64,000 nucleotides of DNA from positions 8,219-72,218 of the forward strand of contig CASFHD010000003.1 in the NCBI GenBank assembly GCA_949294455.1. The letters run 5' to 3'. Numbering within the stretch: position 1 is the first letter of the stretch; each line of letters begins with the position of its first letter. The notes under the pieces were generated by a model. It saw only the letters and a program-made list of their open reading frames with translations, was not told the DNA's origin and did not search any database. The DNA comes from an uncultured Christensenella sp. (GTDB lineage: Bacteria; Bacillota; Clostridia; Christensenellales; UBA1242). A program made the position numbers and the translations under genes. Below, in pieces: positions 37,463 through 47,143 of this stretch.

Positions 37463-37996
37463 ATGCACATATCTAATAATATGTTATATTCTGATCCAAA
37501 CGCTTACCCTTATCAAAGGTACAAAGAAAATATAAAAACAAAACAAAATCAAGAGCCAGATGTAAAGTCTCCTAGTAAAGTTTTATATCCTCAGAGTTAT
37601 TCAACAGTAGGAAAACATATTGACACCTCTTTTAATGGAAAACCAGAAGTTTTTGATGGACTAAAATTATCAAATAATCACGAAGAGGGGCAACAAGGCA
37701 AAAGTTACGAACAAGCAAATAAATTCGATTTTAATGCAATTTCCCCTTTGTTGCAGGGACTTGTAAAATCTAATTCAAGTTTATCTCCTTTAATGTCGAT
37801 TTTTAATTCCGGGAAATTTGATATGAAAAGTATAGGGGAATTGGTTAGCAAAAATCCTCAAATTTTAACTACTATTTTAAACTTATTTACTGGTAAAAAA
37901 TCAAAAGGCGGTGGCCTATTTAAAAATGTTGAAAAAAAAGATAATAACAAATCTGAAATAACAGGAGATTTTTCTGATTACGAGATTATCGAATAA
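37463..37996 (+). CDS. hypothetical low-complexity (S/N/K/G/P/Q-rich) protein
   Basis: 177-aa ORF with GC content above the intergenic level. No RBS, and only 28 bp from the divergent gene. Confidence 0.4.
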   Translation: MHISNNMLYSDPNAYPYQRYKENIKTKQNQEPDVKSPSKVLYPQSYSTVGKHIDTSFNGKPEVFDGLKLSNNHEEGQQGKSYEQANKFDFNAISPLLQGLVKSNSSLSPLMSIFNSGKFDMKSIGELVSKNPQILTTILNLFTGKKSKGGGLFKNVEKKDNNKSEITGDFSDYEIIE

Positions 37997-38306
37997 TAAT
38001 ATGTAAAACAATAAAAAGCATTTTAATATGCGAAAATGTAAAAGAATAAAAGTTTTTTAATATTTATATGATGCAAGATTATTATTAAGCAAAATTAATA
38101 TGTGAAATAATAAAATGTCTTATTAATAATAAATGTTTAGATTTAAGCTGTATGAGTTATCAAAAAATGTTATTAAGTAAACAATTTCAATAAATAGTTA
38201 CATTTATAAAACAAAATGACAAATTTTTCAATTTATTAGTAATATTATTTTGAAAATAAAAATAAATTTGTTAAAATGCATTTAACAAAGGATAAAGAAG
38301 GGGAAT

Positions 38307-39458
38307 ATGGAAAAATTTGTATTGAATGAAACTGCATATTTTGGTTTTGGTTCTAGAAGCGTATTAAAAGATGAAATAAATTCTAGAAACTATAAAAAAG
38401 CACTTTTAGTTACAGATGCTTCTTTAATTGAAGCAGGAGTTGTAAATAAAGTTACAGAAATTTTAGACGAAGCAAAAATTAAGTATAGATTATTTTCAAA
38501 AGTAAAGCCAAATCCTACTATTAAAAATGTTTTAGACGGATTAAAGGTATTGAAAACTTCCAAAGCAGATTTTATTATTGCTGTGGGTGGTGGCTCTTGC
38601 ATAGATACTGCAAAGGCAATATCTATTATCGCAACCAATCCAGACAGGGAAGATGTGGTATCTTTAAAAGGCACATCAAACACTAAAAATAAAGGGTTAC
38701 CAATGATTGCACTTCCTACAACTGCAGGAACGGCTGCTGAAGTTACAATCAACTATGTTATAACAGATGAAAAGCGTTTAGTTAAAATGGTTTGCGTTGA
38801 CCCAAATGATATACCTGTGCTATCTATAGTGGATTGTGAACTTATGTCATCAATGCCAAAGAGTTTGGCTGCTTCAACGGGAATGGACGCACTAACTCAC
38901 GCAATTGAAGGATATATTACAAAAGCTCATAATGAAATGAGTGATATGTTCCATTTAAAAGCAATTAAAATGATTTTTGATAACCTTGCAAAAGCTGTTA
39001 ATCAAAAAGATGTTACTGCAATCGAAAAAATGGCAATGGCTCAATATATTGCTGGTATGGGATTTTCTAATGTGGGGCTTGGAATAGTTCATTCAATGGC
39101 ACATCAATTGGGCGCTATGTACGACACTCCTCACGGACTAGCAAATGCTATTTTGTTGCCAACTGTTATGGAATTTAATGGAGCAGTTTGTGCGGATAGA
39201 TTTAGAGATATTTTAAAAGTTTTGGGCGTAAAAAAAGCAGATAAATTGAATGATAAAAAAGCAGTGGCTATGTTGGTTACTAAAATAAAAGAATTATCAA
39301 TAAGTGTAGGTATTACAACTAGCATAAAGGATACTAAAGCAAAGTTTGAAGATTTAGAAATCTTGGCTCAAAAGGCTATAGAAGACCCTTGTACACCAGG
39401 AAATCCTAGACCAGTTACAAAAGAACAAATAGTTCAATTATACAAACTTGCTTGGTAA
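38307..39458 (+). CDS. iron-containing (group III) alcohol dehydrogenase, FucO/lactaldehyde reductase-like
   Basis: GGGS.ID.AK, PTTAGT.AE and the His cluster HA.E ... H..AH..G...PHG. Confidence 0.85.
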   Translation: MEKFVLNETAYFGFGSRSVLKDEINSRNYKKALLVTDASLIEAGVVNKVTEILDEAKIKYRLFSKVKPNPTIKNVLDGLKVLKTSKADFIIAVGGGSCIDTAKAISIIATNPDREDVVSLKGTSNTKNKGLPMIALPTTAGTAAEVTINYVITDEKRLVKMVCVDPNDIPVLSIVDCELMSSMPKSLAASTGMDALTHAIEGYITKAHNEMSDMFHLKAIKMIFDNLAKAVNQKDVTAIEKMAMAQYIAGMGFSNVGLGIVHSMAHQLGAMYDTPHGLANAILLPTVMEFNGAVCADRFRDILKVLGVKKADKLNDKKAVAMLVTKIKELSISVGITTSIKDTKAKFEDLEILAQKAIEDPCTPGNPRPVTKEQIVQLYKLAW

Positions 39459-39486
39459 GTTTTTGTACTAATTATTAGATTAGAAA

Positions 39487-39533
39487 TGATTACATATTAA
39501 TATAGATTAATCATTACATATTAATATAGATTA
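39487..39533. repeat. 23-24-bp direct repeat, 2 copies
   Basis: (g/c)attacatattaatatagatta occurs twice in tandem. Confidence 0.6.
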
Positions 39534-39556
39534 TAGTTTTGCTATAATCTTTTTTA
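39528..39556 (+). terminator. rho-independent terminator
   Basis: Stem agattatag/ctataatct followed by a T run. Confidence 0.6.
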
Positions 39557-39885
39557 TTTTTTAGGCTTTTGATGTTTTTATTTATTAAATTTTTTTATGT
39601 TTGTTTTTTGGTTTTTATAAGTCATTTAGTATAATGTCATTTGTACATTGATTTTTATTAAATAAAGATTTGTAAAATATACAGAACAATTGAAATGTCT
39701 ATTTAATTCAATAAATAATCTTAATAATGTTTTTTTAAACTTACAAATCATTATAATTAAGTTTATTTAGTTTTTTAAAATTCTATTAAAAAAATTTAAA
39801 TTTAAAAATAATTCTAATAAATTAGATTTAATATTAAAAATAATCTTGATTAATTTCGTTTTGCTTTAAAAGTTTTATCAATTCG

Positions 39886-40104
39886 TTAAATTGAGTAAAT
39901 TCCTAAAAATGATGGGAAATTTCCATTTCTTATAACATAATTTGCAAATTCTCTGTATTTTGACAGAAATTTTACTGATACCCCACACGAATTCACGATA
40001 TTTCTAGGAGTTGAAACTATCTTGGCATCTACTGACTTATTTGTTATGCTTCTATAAAATGATAAAGCATCTGTTCTATTTTTAAACACCGCTACAATAT
40101 ACAT
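39886..40104 (-). CDS. DUF3343-family small protein (putative S/Se carrier-like)
   Basis: 72 aa with the ...A......V.A.IV.TPR.I...CG....F pattern. Divergent from a cysteine desulfurase-type gene, which is a common pairing. AAGGAGA RBS. Confidence 0.65.
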   Translation of the reverse strand: MYIVAVFKNRTDALSFYRSITNKSVDAKIVSTPRNIVNSCGVSVKFLSKYREFANYVIRNGNFPSFLGIYSI

Positions 40105-40164
40105 AATTTCTCCTTTTGTAACTTATAAATTCACAATATGAATCAAATTTTCATAATGTTAAAT

Positions 40165-41295
40165 ATGATATATTTTGATAATGGAGCAACAAGTTTCATA
40201 AAGCCAGAGTGCGTTAAAAAAGCAGTTAAAAATGCTTTGAATAATTACACTGGGAATGCGGGCAGAAGTTCGCACGAAATTGCTAAAATGACGGCACTTC
40301 AAGTCTTCGATACCAGAGATATATTAAAGAAGTTTTTATCTGCAAAGAATTATGATGTTATTTTTACAAAAAATTGTTCTGAAGCATTAAATTTGGCAAT
40401 TCTAGGGAGCGCAAAACGGGGTGGACATATAATTACAACTACTTTAGAACACAATTCGGTACTTAGAACTGTTAAATATTTAGAAAAAAATTTCGATGTG
40501 GAAGTAACTTTTATAGACCCAAAATCTAGTGCAGTTAATGCAAAAGAAATCTTTCAAGAATTCAAACCAAACACATATATGGTAATAGTCAATCATATTT
40601 GTAATGTTACTGGTGCGATGTGTGATATTTATGAAATAGGGCAGTTAAAAAAAATTAAAAACTTTTTGTATCTAGTTGATGGGGCTCAAAGTTTTGGCCA
40701 TACTAAAATAGATTTGACTAAAGCAAATGTCGATTTTTTCACGCTTGCAGGACATAAAGGTGGACTTTCCATAACAGGAGTTGGGGCATTAATAGTTAAA
40801 AATGTTTCTGTACTTCAACCTATAAATTACGGAGGTACCGGAACGGATAGTATAAATTTAATTCAACCACACAACTTTGCAGAAGATTTTGAAGTGGGAA
40901 CACTTCCTATTATTCCAATAATAAGTTTAAAGGCTGGAGTAGAATATTTAATTAAAAATTTTGATGATATTCAAAAAAAAGAAGAAAATTTAGATAAAAT
41001 GTTTATAGAAGGATTTAAAAACATTCCAAAAATTATCACATATTTTGATGAGCAAAATGTACACGGAGTATTTTCTTTTAATCTAAATGGGTTTTCATCT
41101 GAAGTCATCGCTGATTATTTGAATAATTATAGTATTTGCGTGCGTTCGGGCTTGCATTGTGCTCCGCTTGTTCACAAAAGATTAAAAACAACTAAAATAG
41201 GAGCGGTAAGAATAAGTGTTAATTTTTTCAATACTTTAGATGAAGTAAAAGAATTTTTTATAGTATTAAAAAATTTGATAGATAATTTAAAGTAA
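40165..41295 (+). CDS. class V aminotransferase / cysteine desulfurase-family protein
   Basis: MIYFDNGATS start typical of the family, and a PLP lysine in AGHKG. The track's 40138 start has no better support. Confidence 0.8.
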   Translation: MIYFDNGATSFIKPECVKKAVKNALNNYTGNAGRSSHEIAKMTALQVFDTRDILKKFLSAKNYDVIFTKNCSEALNLAILGSAKRGGHIITTTLEHNSVLRTVKYLEKNFDVEVTFIDPKSSAVNAKEIFQEFKPNTYMVIVNHICNVTGAMCDIYEIGQLKKIKNFLYLVDGAQSFGHTKIDLTKANVDFFTLAGHKGGLSITGVGALIVKNVSVLQPINYGGTGTDSINLIQPHNFAEDFEVGTLPIIPIISLKAGVEYLIKNFDDIQKKEENLDKMFIEGFKNIPKIITYFDEQNVHGVFSFNLNGFSSEVIADYLNNYSICVRSGLHCAPLVHKRLKTTKIGAVRISVNFFNTLDEVKEFFIVLKNLIDNLK

Positions 41296-41810
41296 TATAT
41301 TGTGAACATATAATTAAAGTAAAAAATCAAAAGTAGCATAATATAAATTAAAAAATAAGTTTAATTAATATACGATAAAGAATATGTTATAAGTATAATA
41401 TGTATTAAAAATTTGGTAACTAGTTTAATTTGATAAACAATTAATAAACGATAATTAAGTACTATTTAAAATAATAAATAGGTGTTACATAAAAACACAA
41501 AGAGGGTAAAATTAATTTTAAAATATAAAAATTTAAAATTAAAAGCAAAGATTAAATCTTTTTAAAATTAGCAAAAAATAAATTCTACATATTTAGTTTA
41601 GTCTTTAAGGAATTTAAAAATATTAGTCTAATTATGAATATATCATTATGTTAAATTAAAAATGTTAAATTGAAATCAATTAAAAAGTTTTTGTAAATTT
41701 TATTATATTTAACATATAAATTATCATCAGTTATTGTCTGATTTTTATTAGATTATCAATCTAAATAATCTAATGAATTAATTTATAAGGTCAAATTTTA
41801 ATCAAATCGC

Positions 41811-41838
41811 TTGCAAATTGCTGAATTTATGCTATAAT
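41811..41838 (+). promoter_or_regulatory. candidate sigma-A promoter: TTGCAA, 16 nt, TGcTATAAT
   Basis: Consensus-like hexamers with an extended -10, ~50 nt upstream of ATG 41887. Confidence 0.45.
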
Positions 41839-41886
41839 AGTCTTGAATTATTAAAATCTATGTTTTAATATTTATTTGGAGATAGT

Positions 41887-42423
41887 ATGTTTAAAAGCAA
41901 TTTGACTTATAAAATCTTATTTTCGATTATACTTGTTTGCTTGCCACTTATGATGCTTGGTAGTTTGGATTCGCTTGGTCCTGCAATGACTACAATTTTT
42001 TTGAGTATTATTCTTATTGCAAGAATCGCTATTATGTTTTTAGACAGAACGGATAAAAGCATTAAAACATTGAATAATATTTTAGATATTACTTTGTTTA
42101 TTGTGATTGGAATTTACTTTTTAATTCTTAAGAAAATAAATTTGCCTTTATCTATTATTGCTATGATTTTTAATACGATATATTTGATTTTGAATTTAGT
42201 ATTCGAATTTGACAATAAAGTATTACAAGTGTTTGATTATTTTTATGAATTTTTATTAGTCATTTTTATTTTCTTATTAACTTTAGGTTCAATTCAGACT
42301 CTAGGAGTTATTATAGTTATGATTGGTACTATCTTCGGAGTCGCATTGCAACTTTATGATTTGTTTATGGACAAACTTAAGAAAAAGCATAGGCGATATA
42401 CTGCTAAAAAGAAAATGAAATAG
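41887..42423 (+). CDS. hypothetical integral membrane protein
   Basis: Five to six hydrophobic segments, a basic C-terminal tail and a GGAGA RBS. Confidence 0.6.
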   Translation: MFKSNLTYKILFSIILVCLPLMMLGSLDSLGPAMTTIFLSIILIARIAIMFLDRTDKSIKTLNNILDITLFIVIGIYFLILKKINLPLSIIAMIFNTIYLILNLVFEFDNKVLQVFDYFYEFLLVIFIFLLTLGSIQTLGVIIVMIGTIFGVALQLYDLFMDKLKKKHRRYTAKKKMK

Positions 42424-42431
42424 GAGAAATT

Positions 42432-42653
42432 ATGTTTTTATTATCATTAGTTGAATTTATAACAAAAGAAAATGTAATAATAGGTTTTGTAATGATGGTA
42501 GTAGGATTAGTACTTGTAATACTTGCTAAAAAAATTACTATCGCTGTAAAATCAAATAAAGAAATTAAAGAAGATGATACATTAATGAGTGTTTTAAAGA
42601 TTATAGGTTTAATTATGCTTCTTGTATCTCTTGTCTTGATAGTATTACCATAA
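42432..42653 (+). CDS. hypothetical small membrane protein (2 TM)
   Basis: AGGAGA RBS and two hydrophobic helices. Preferred over the antisense ORF 42404..42661. Confidence 0.5.
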   Translation: MFLLSLVEFITKENVIIGFVMMVVGLVLVILAKKITIAVKSNKEIKEDDTLMSVLKIIGLIMLLVSLVLIVLP

Positions 42654-43249
42654 TGGAACATTATTTTATTAATAAATCACACAAAACAAGTGATTTTTTC
42701 TCTTTTGATGCTGATATTTGTGGCATTAAATTTACTTTTAATTCGTGTGAGGGTATTTTTTCAAAATCGCATATTGATTTAGGAAGTTTACTTTTAATTA
42801 AAACAGTCTCTAAAATGGATATTAATGGAGAAGGATTAGACTTGTGTTGTGGTTATGGAGTTATTGGCATTGCACTTGCTAGACTTAAAAACCTTCAAAT
42901 TGATATGTGCGATATTAATGAAACAGCAGTACAACTAGCTAAAGAAAATAAGATTATAAATAATGTTACAAATGGAATAGTAAAAGTAAGCGATGGCCTT
43001 TTAAGTTTTAATAAATTGTATGATTTTATTGTTAGCAACCCACCTATAAAAGTCGGAAAAGTTATAACCTTTAGGCTTTTAAATGAAGCATATAAATCTT
43101 TAACTGACGGCGGTAAACTAATAATTGTTATAAGAAAAGATAAAGGTATGGAAAGTGTAAAAAAATATTTACAAAGTTTGGGTGCTGTTGTATCAATTAT
43201 AGCAAAAGACAAAGGATATTATATATTGGAAATAATTAAGGTTAAATAA
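42653..43249 (+). CDS. class I SAM-dependent methyltransferase, RsmC/YbxB-like (MTS domain)
   Basis: GIFS....D.GS..L, DLCCGYGVIG SAM motif and the SNPPI (NPPx) motif. Confidence 0.8.
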   Translation: MEHYFINKSHKTSDFFSFDADICGIKFTFNSCEGIFSKSHIDLGSLLLIKTVSKMDINGEGLDLCCGYGVIGIALARLKNLQIDMCDINETAVQLAKENKIINNVTNGIVKVSDGLLSFNKLYDFIVSNPPIKVGKVITFRLLNEAYKSLTDGGKLIIVIRKDKGMESVKKYLQSLGAVVSIIAKDKGYYILEIIKVK

Positions 43250-43390
43250 TTTACTTCAATAAATTATCTTTATATTTGTTATTAAATGCAAAGTTATAAT
43301 TATTTAAAAATTTTAATTCAGTTACAAATATAAATATGTTTGAATTAAAATAAATTTATAGTTTAATCAAAATAAATTTAGGGGGTATAT

Positions 43391-43624
43391 ATGGGATTAT
43401 TAAAAAATGTTTTATTTAGTTTAGCAGTAGCATTATTTTTAATTGGTATTGCTGTTGTCGTTTTTCCATTGCTAAATGTTTTTGAAATAAATAACAGTCT
43501 TATAATTGGGCTGATTTTAATTGCTGGGTCAATACTTTCATTGATTTTTGCTTTGGTTATTAAAATGTTTTATGGACCAAAAAGATTTAAAAGCAAATTT
43601 GGACTTCATATGGAACTAGAATAA
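43391..43624 (+). CDS. hypothetical small membrane protein (2 TM)
   Basis: GGGGG RBS and two hydrophobic helices. Confidence 0.5.
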   Translation: MGLLKNVLFSLAVALFLIGIAVVVFPLLNVFEINNSLIIGLILIAGSILSLIFALVIKMFYGPKRFKSKFGLHMELE

Positions 43625-43686
43625 TTATGAAATCCTTTTGCTTTTTTTTATTAGATATGTTAAAATAAAATAAATTAGGGGTAATT

Positions 43687-44235
43687 ATGGAGAAAGTAAA
43701 ATTCATTTATATGCAAAGAGGTATCAGACCTTTACAAAGAGAAAATTTGTTTAGCATATTTCAAATTTTATTTTGTGCGCTTTTAAGTATATTTGTACTT
43801 TTGCTTTTTACAGCACAAAAACAAGCATCTATTGAGATTACAAAAACACAATTCTTTGTTAGTATCCTATCAATAATCTATAGTATGATTTTAATGATTT
43901 GGCTACTTTTAAGTATTATAAAAAATAATTTAACGCTAAAACGATTAAAAAAGGAAAAAAATTTCCAAAAAGAAATCTTAAAACGCGGATACCTAAATTA
44001 TAATCTGTTATCTAATACTTATTTTGTATTTATTGAAATTTTGAAATTTGTACTAGTGATTTTTTCAACATTAGTAACCACTTCAGTTTTACTTGAATTT
44101 TTCTATGGTCTAGAGTTGTACGCTACAAATATAATGTTCTATTATCCGCTTTCGATGCTTATAAGTTTGACTGTTATAAAATTAATCAATAGCGTATTAA
44201 ACACAAGAAGATTAGGTATAAAACAAGATAAATAA
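43687..44235 (+). CDS. hypothetical integral membrane protein
   Basis: AGGGG RBS and four hydrophobic segments. Confidence 0.55.
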   Translation: MEKVKFIYMQRGIRPLQRENLFSIFQILFCALLSIFVLLLFTAQKQASIEITKTQFFVSILSIIYSMILMIWLLLSIIKNNLTLKRLKKEKNFQKEILKRGYLNYNLLSNTYFVFIEILKFVLVIFSTLVTTSVLLEFFYGLELYATNIMFYYPLSMLISLTVIKLINSVLNTRRLGIKQDK

Positions 44236-44305
44236 ACCGAAAGGTTTTTTTATTTTATAATGCATAAAATGTTATATTTATAAAAAAATATATCTAGGAG
44301 ATATT

Positions 44306-45112
44306 ATGAAAATTGCAATAGTCACAGGAGCAAGTTCTGGTATGGGTAGAGAATTTGCACTAAAACTCGATAAATTTGGTTTAGACGAAATTTGGGGAAT
44401 AGGTCTGGAATCTATTGAGTTGAATAAAATGGCAAAGGAATTTTCGACAAAATTTGTCCCTTTATCAATAGATTTGACTGATGACAAAAGTTTTGAAATT
44501 TTAAAAGAATTATTAGACGAATCAAAGCCTGAAATATCTTGGCTTATAAATGCCTCTGGTTATGGTAAATTTGGGCGATTCGATGAAATAAATATTGATA
44601 CTGAACTTAATATGATTGATTTGAATTGTAAGGCGACAGTTCATCTTACTAGGCTTGCATTATTGTATTCAGTTAGAGGTACAAGAATAGTTCAATTTTC
44701 TTCAGTGGCAGGTTTTCAACCAGTGCCATATATGAATGTTTATGCAGCAAGTAAAGCATTTATATTAAGTTATTCAAGGGCATTGAATGTCGAATTAAAA
44801 TCAAAAGGAATTTCTGTTACATGTGTAGCTCCATATTGGACAAAGACGCATTTTTTTGATAGAGCAGAGGTAATAAATTCTAAAACTGACAAAAAAACAA
44901 TATCAAAATTTGTAGTAATGTATGACCCTAAAAAAGTGATAGATAAAGCATATAATGATGCCTTAAAAAGAAAAGAATTGTCCGTTTGTGGTTTCGTGTC
45001 TAATGCACAAAATTTTATGACAAAACTTCTTCCGCACAAACTTGTTATGAAAGTTTGGGGAATGCAACAAGGTTTTGACAAAATTTATAAAAATTCAGAT
45101 AATGATATGTAG
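44306..45112 (+). CDS. short-chain dehydrogenase/reductase (SDR)
   Basis: TGASSGMG cofactor motif, NASG, and catalytic S...YAASK. Confidence 0.85.
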   Translation: MKIAIVTGASSGMGREFALKLDKFGLDEIWGIGLESIELNKMAKEFSTKFVPLSIDLTDDKSFEILKELLDESKPEISWLINASGYGKFGRFDEINIDTELNMIDLNCKATVHLTRLALLYSVRGTRIVQFSSVAGFQPVPYMNVYAASKAFILSYSRALNVELKSKGISVTCVAPYWTKTHFFDRAEVINSKTDKKTISKFVVMYDPKKVIDKAYNDALKRKELSVCGFVSNAQNFMTKLLPHKLVMKVWGMQQGFDKIYKNSDNDM

Positions 45113-45183
45113 ATTTTTAAAAATTCATTATTTATTAATTAAATTATTCTTTAAATTGAAAATTCTACAATACAAAGATGATG

Positions 45184-45233
45184 AAAAGGGACTTAACATT
45201 AATCTGTAGGGTTAAATATAAAGTCCTTTTTTA
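45184..45233 (+). terminator. candidate rho-independent terminator with a long loop
   Basis: aaaagggactt ... aagtcctttttt. Confidence 0.45.
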
Positions 45234-45317
45234 TATCATTTAGTGAAATTTTTTTATTTTAAAATTTTGAATGATTTTGTTTTTAAATTTAAGTTTAATT
45301 TGTTGTTTTTGAGATTA

Positions 45318-45358
45318 TAATAAAAAGGAACTTTACTTTAATGGATAGAGTTCCTTTT
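45318..45358 (-). terminator. candidate terminator of tRNA-Glu
   Basis: Stem aaaggaact/agttccttt, with a T run on the minus strand. Confidence 0.5.
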
Positions 45359-45408
45359 ACTTTGTTGTATCCTAATGATAATTATTATTTAAATATTTAA
45401 CAATTTAT

Positions 45409-45484
45409 TGGTACCCGTAAGCGGACTCGAACCGCTGTTGCCGCCGTGAGAGGGCGAAGTCCTAGGCCACTAGACGATACGGGC
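45409..45484 (-). tRNA. tRNA-Glu (anticodon CUC)
   Basis: The reverse complement gcccgtatcgtctagtggcctaggac...cuCUCac...ggttcgagtcc...cca folds as a cloverleaf. Confidence 0.85.
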
Positions 45485-45588
45485 AAAAATTACCCTTTTA
45501 TTCTAACATAATAATAATAAAATTGCAATAGTTTTTGTTATGTTTTGTTGCAAAACCAGATTTTATTTTGGTATAATTAATAAAACTT

Positions 45589-47094
45589 ATGAAAAAAATT
45601 TTTAATTTTAGGCCCATGCTTATTATATTTTTTGGCTTGTTTGCGGGAATTCTGCTATCAAGCCTTATTTTTTGTGATATTGTGCAATTTTATATAGGCA
45701 TTGGATTTTTTGCTCTAATACTAATAATAATGTTTATTCGCTACGGATTTAATAAGCGAATGAAGTTGTTGTTAATTGCTTTTATTATTGGTATAGTTAG
45801 TTGTTCAATTTCTTTAATCTCTAATGTTTTAACTCCTACATTTTCAGGTGAAGTAGTAATTTCTGGCAGAGTTTTAGAAACTTCTGTATATTATGAAAAA
45901 TCTATGACAGTAGTTTTAGATAATGTGAAAGCGAATGATGAAAGCATCTCTAATATTAAAGTTTACGTTAAAGACGATTTTAATACGTTTGAAAAAATTA
46001 CTCCTGATATGGTTTTGACTTTTAGTGCAGAACTTGAAAAAATTGTTTTTACAGATAACTTTTCATCATCTCTATCTAATTTAAGCGAAGGAATAGAATA
46101 TACTTGTAATGTTGATTATTCCAAAATAGAATTTTTAGGCGTTGACAGCAGCGTTAGAACAGAGATAAAGAATAAAGTTTATTCAAATTTAAGTCCACTT
46201 GGAAAATTTGCTGATTTTGCTTTTAGCAGTTTGTTTGGCGATAAAAGTGGTCTCTCAATTCAATCTAAAGACATTTTCAATGTTGCTGGTATTGCACATA
46301 TTTTGGCAGTATCAGGTTTACATATTAGTATAGTTTATGGAATTTTAATTTTTATTCTAGATAAATTAAGATTAAAAGAAATAATTAAATTTTTTATTAT
46401 TGCATTCGCTTTGTTATTTTATGCCTACCTTTGTTCGTTTACTCCGTCTGTTTTAAGAGCAAGTATTATGTGTTTAGTTTTATTACTTGCAAGGATTACA
46501 AAAAGGCAGTACGATAGTTTAAGTGCACTTTGTTTTGCAGGAATTTTAATAGTACTATTTAGTCCATTTACCATTTTTAATTATAGTTTTATATTGAGTT
46601 TTGCTAGTGTTTTTGGTATTTTGAGTCTTAATAAATCAATTTTCCGTTCGTTAAATTTTGTTCTTCCAAGCAAGGTGGCAAATGTGATTTCGCTTTCTAT
46701 GTCTGCGTATTTAGGTGTGTTAGTAGGGTTAATATATGGTTTTGGCAATATTCAAATATTGTCTATATTAGTAAATGTGTTGGTAGTGCCTATTTTTACA
46801 ATTTGCTTTGGATTTATATTTGTTACAACTTTAATAAGTTTGATAATTCCTGTTGTGTCCACAATTTTAATTATCGCAAAGCCTGTTTTAGCATTGATAG
46901 AATATGTTTGTGTTGTTGTTAGCACTATTCCATTTGCAGTTATTCAAACTAGTTCAGTAAGTTTTATTATTACGGTTTTATACACTGCAATGATTATATT
47001 GATTTCCAGATTTTCAAATATTTACAAGGATTTTAAATGGGTGATATTAGATGTTTATATGGTTCTATTTTGCATTAGTGTTATCTATTTTTAA
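45589..47094 (+). CDS. comEC: ComEC/Rec2-family DNA internalisation channel, competence domain only
   Basis: Polytopic membrane protein with the AGIAHILAVSGLHISIV signature. No C-terminal metallo-beta-lactamase domain at 501 aa. Confidence 0.8.
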   Translation: MKKIFNFRPMLIIFFGLFAGILLSSLIFCDIVQFYIGIGFFALILIIMFIRYGFNKRMKLLLIAFIIGIVSCSISLISNVLTPTFSGEVVISGRVLETSVYYEKSMTVVLDNVKANDESISNIKVYVKDDFNTFEKITPDMVLTFSAELEKIVFTDNFSSSLSNLSEGIEYTCNVDYSKIEFLGVDSSVRTEIKNKVYSNLSPLGKFADFAFSSLFGDKSGLSIQSKDIFNVAGIAHILAVSGLHISIVYGILIFILDKLRLKEIIKFFIIAFALLFYAYLCSFTPSVLRASIMCLVLLLARITKRQYDSLSALCFAGILIVLFSPFTIFNYSFILSFASVFGILSLNKSIFRSLNFVLPSKVANVISLSMSAYLGVLVGLIYGFGNIQILSILVNVLVVPIFTICFGFIFVTTLISLIIPVVSTILIIAKPVLALIEYVCVVVSTIPFAVIQTSSVSFIITVLYTAMIILISRFSNIYKDFKWVILDVYMVLFCISVIYF

Positions 47095-47143
47095 ATTTTC
47101 AAAATTTAATTGAAAAATGTTAATTCTGTGTTATAATAATATT

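Noticed and set aside
42404-42661. 85-aa minus-strand ORF
   Set aside because: It overlaps the + strand 73-aa two-TM protein, which has an AGGAGA RBS and sits in an operon context. The minus-strand version has no RBS.
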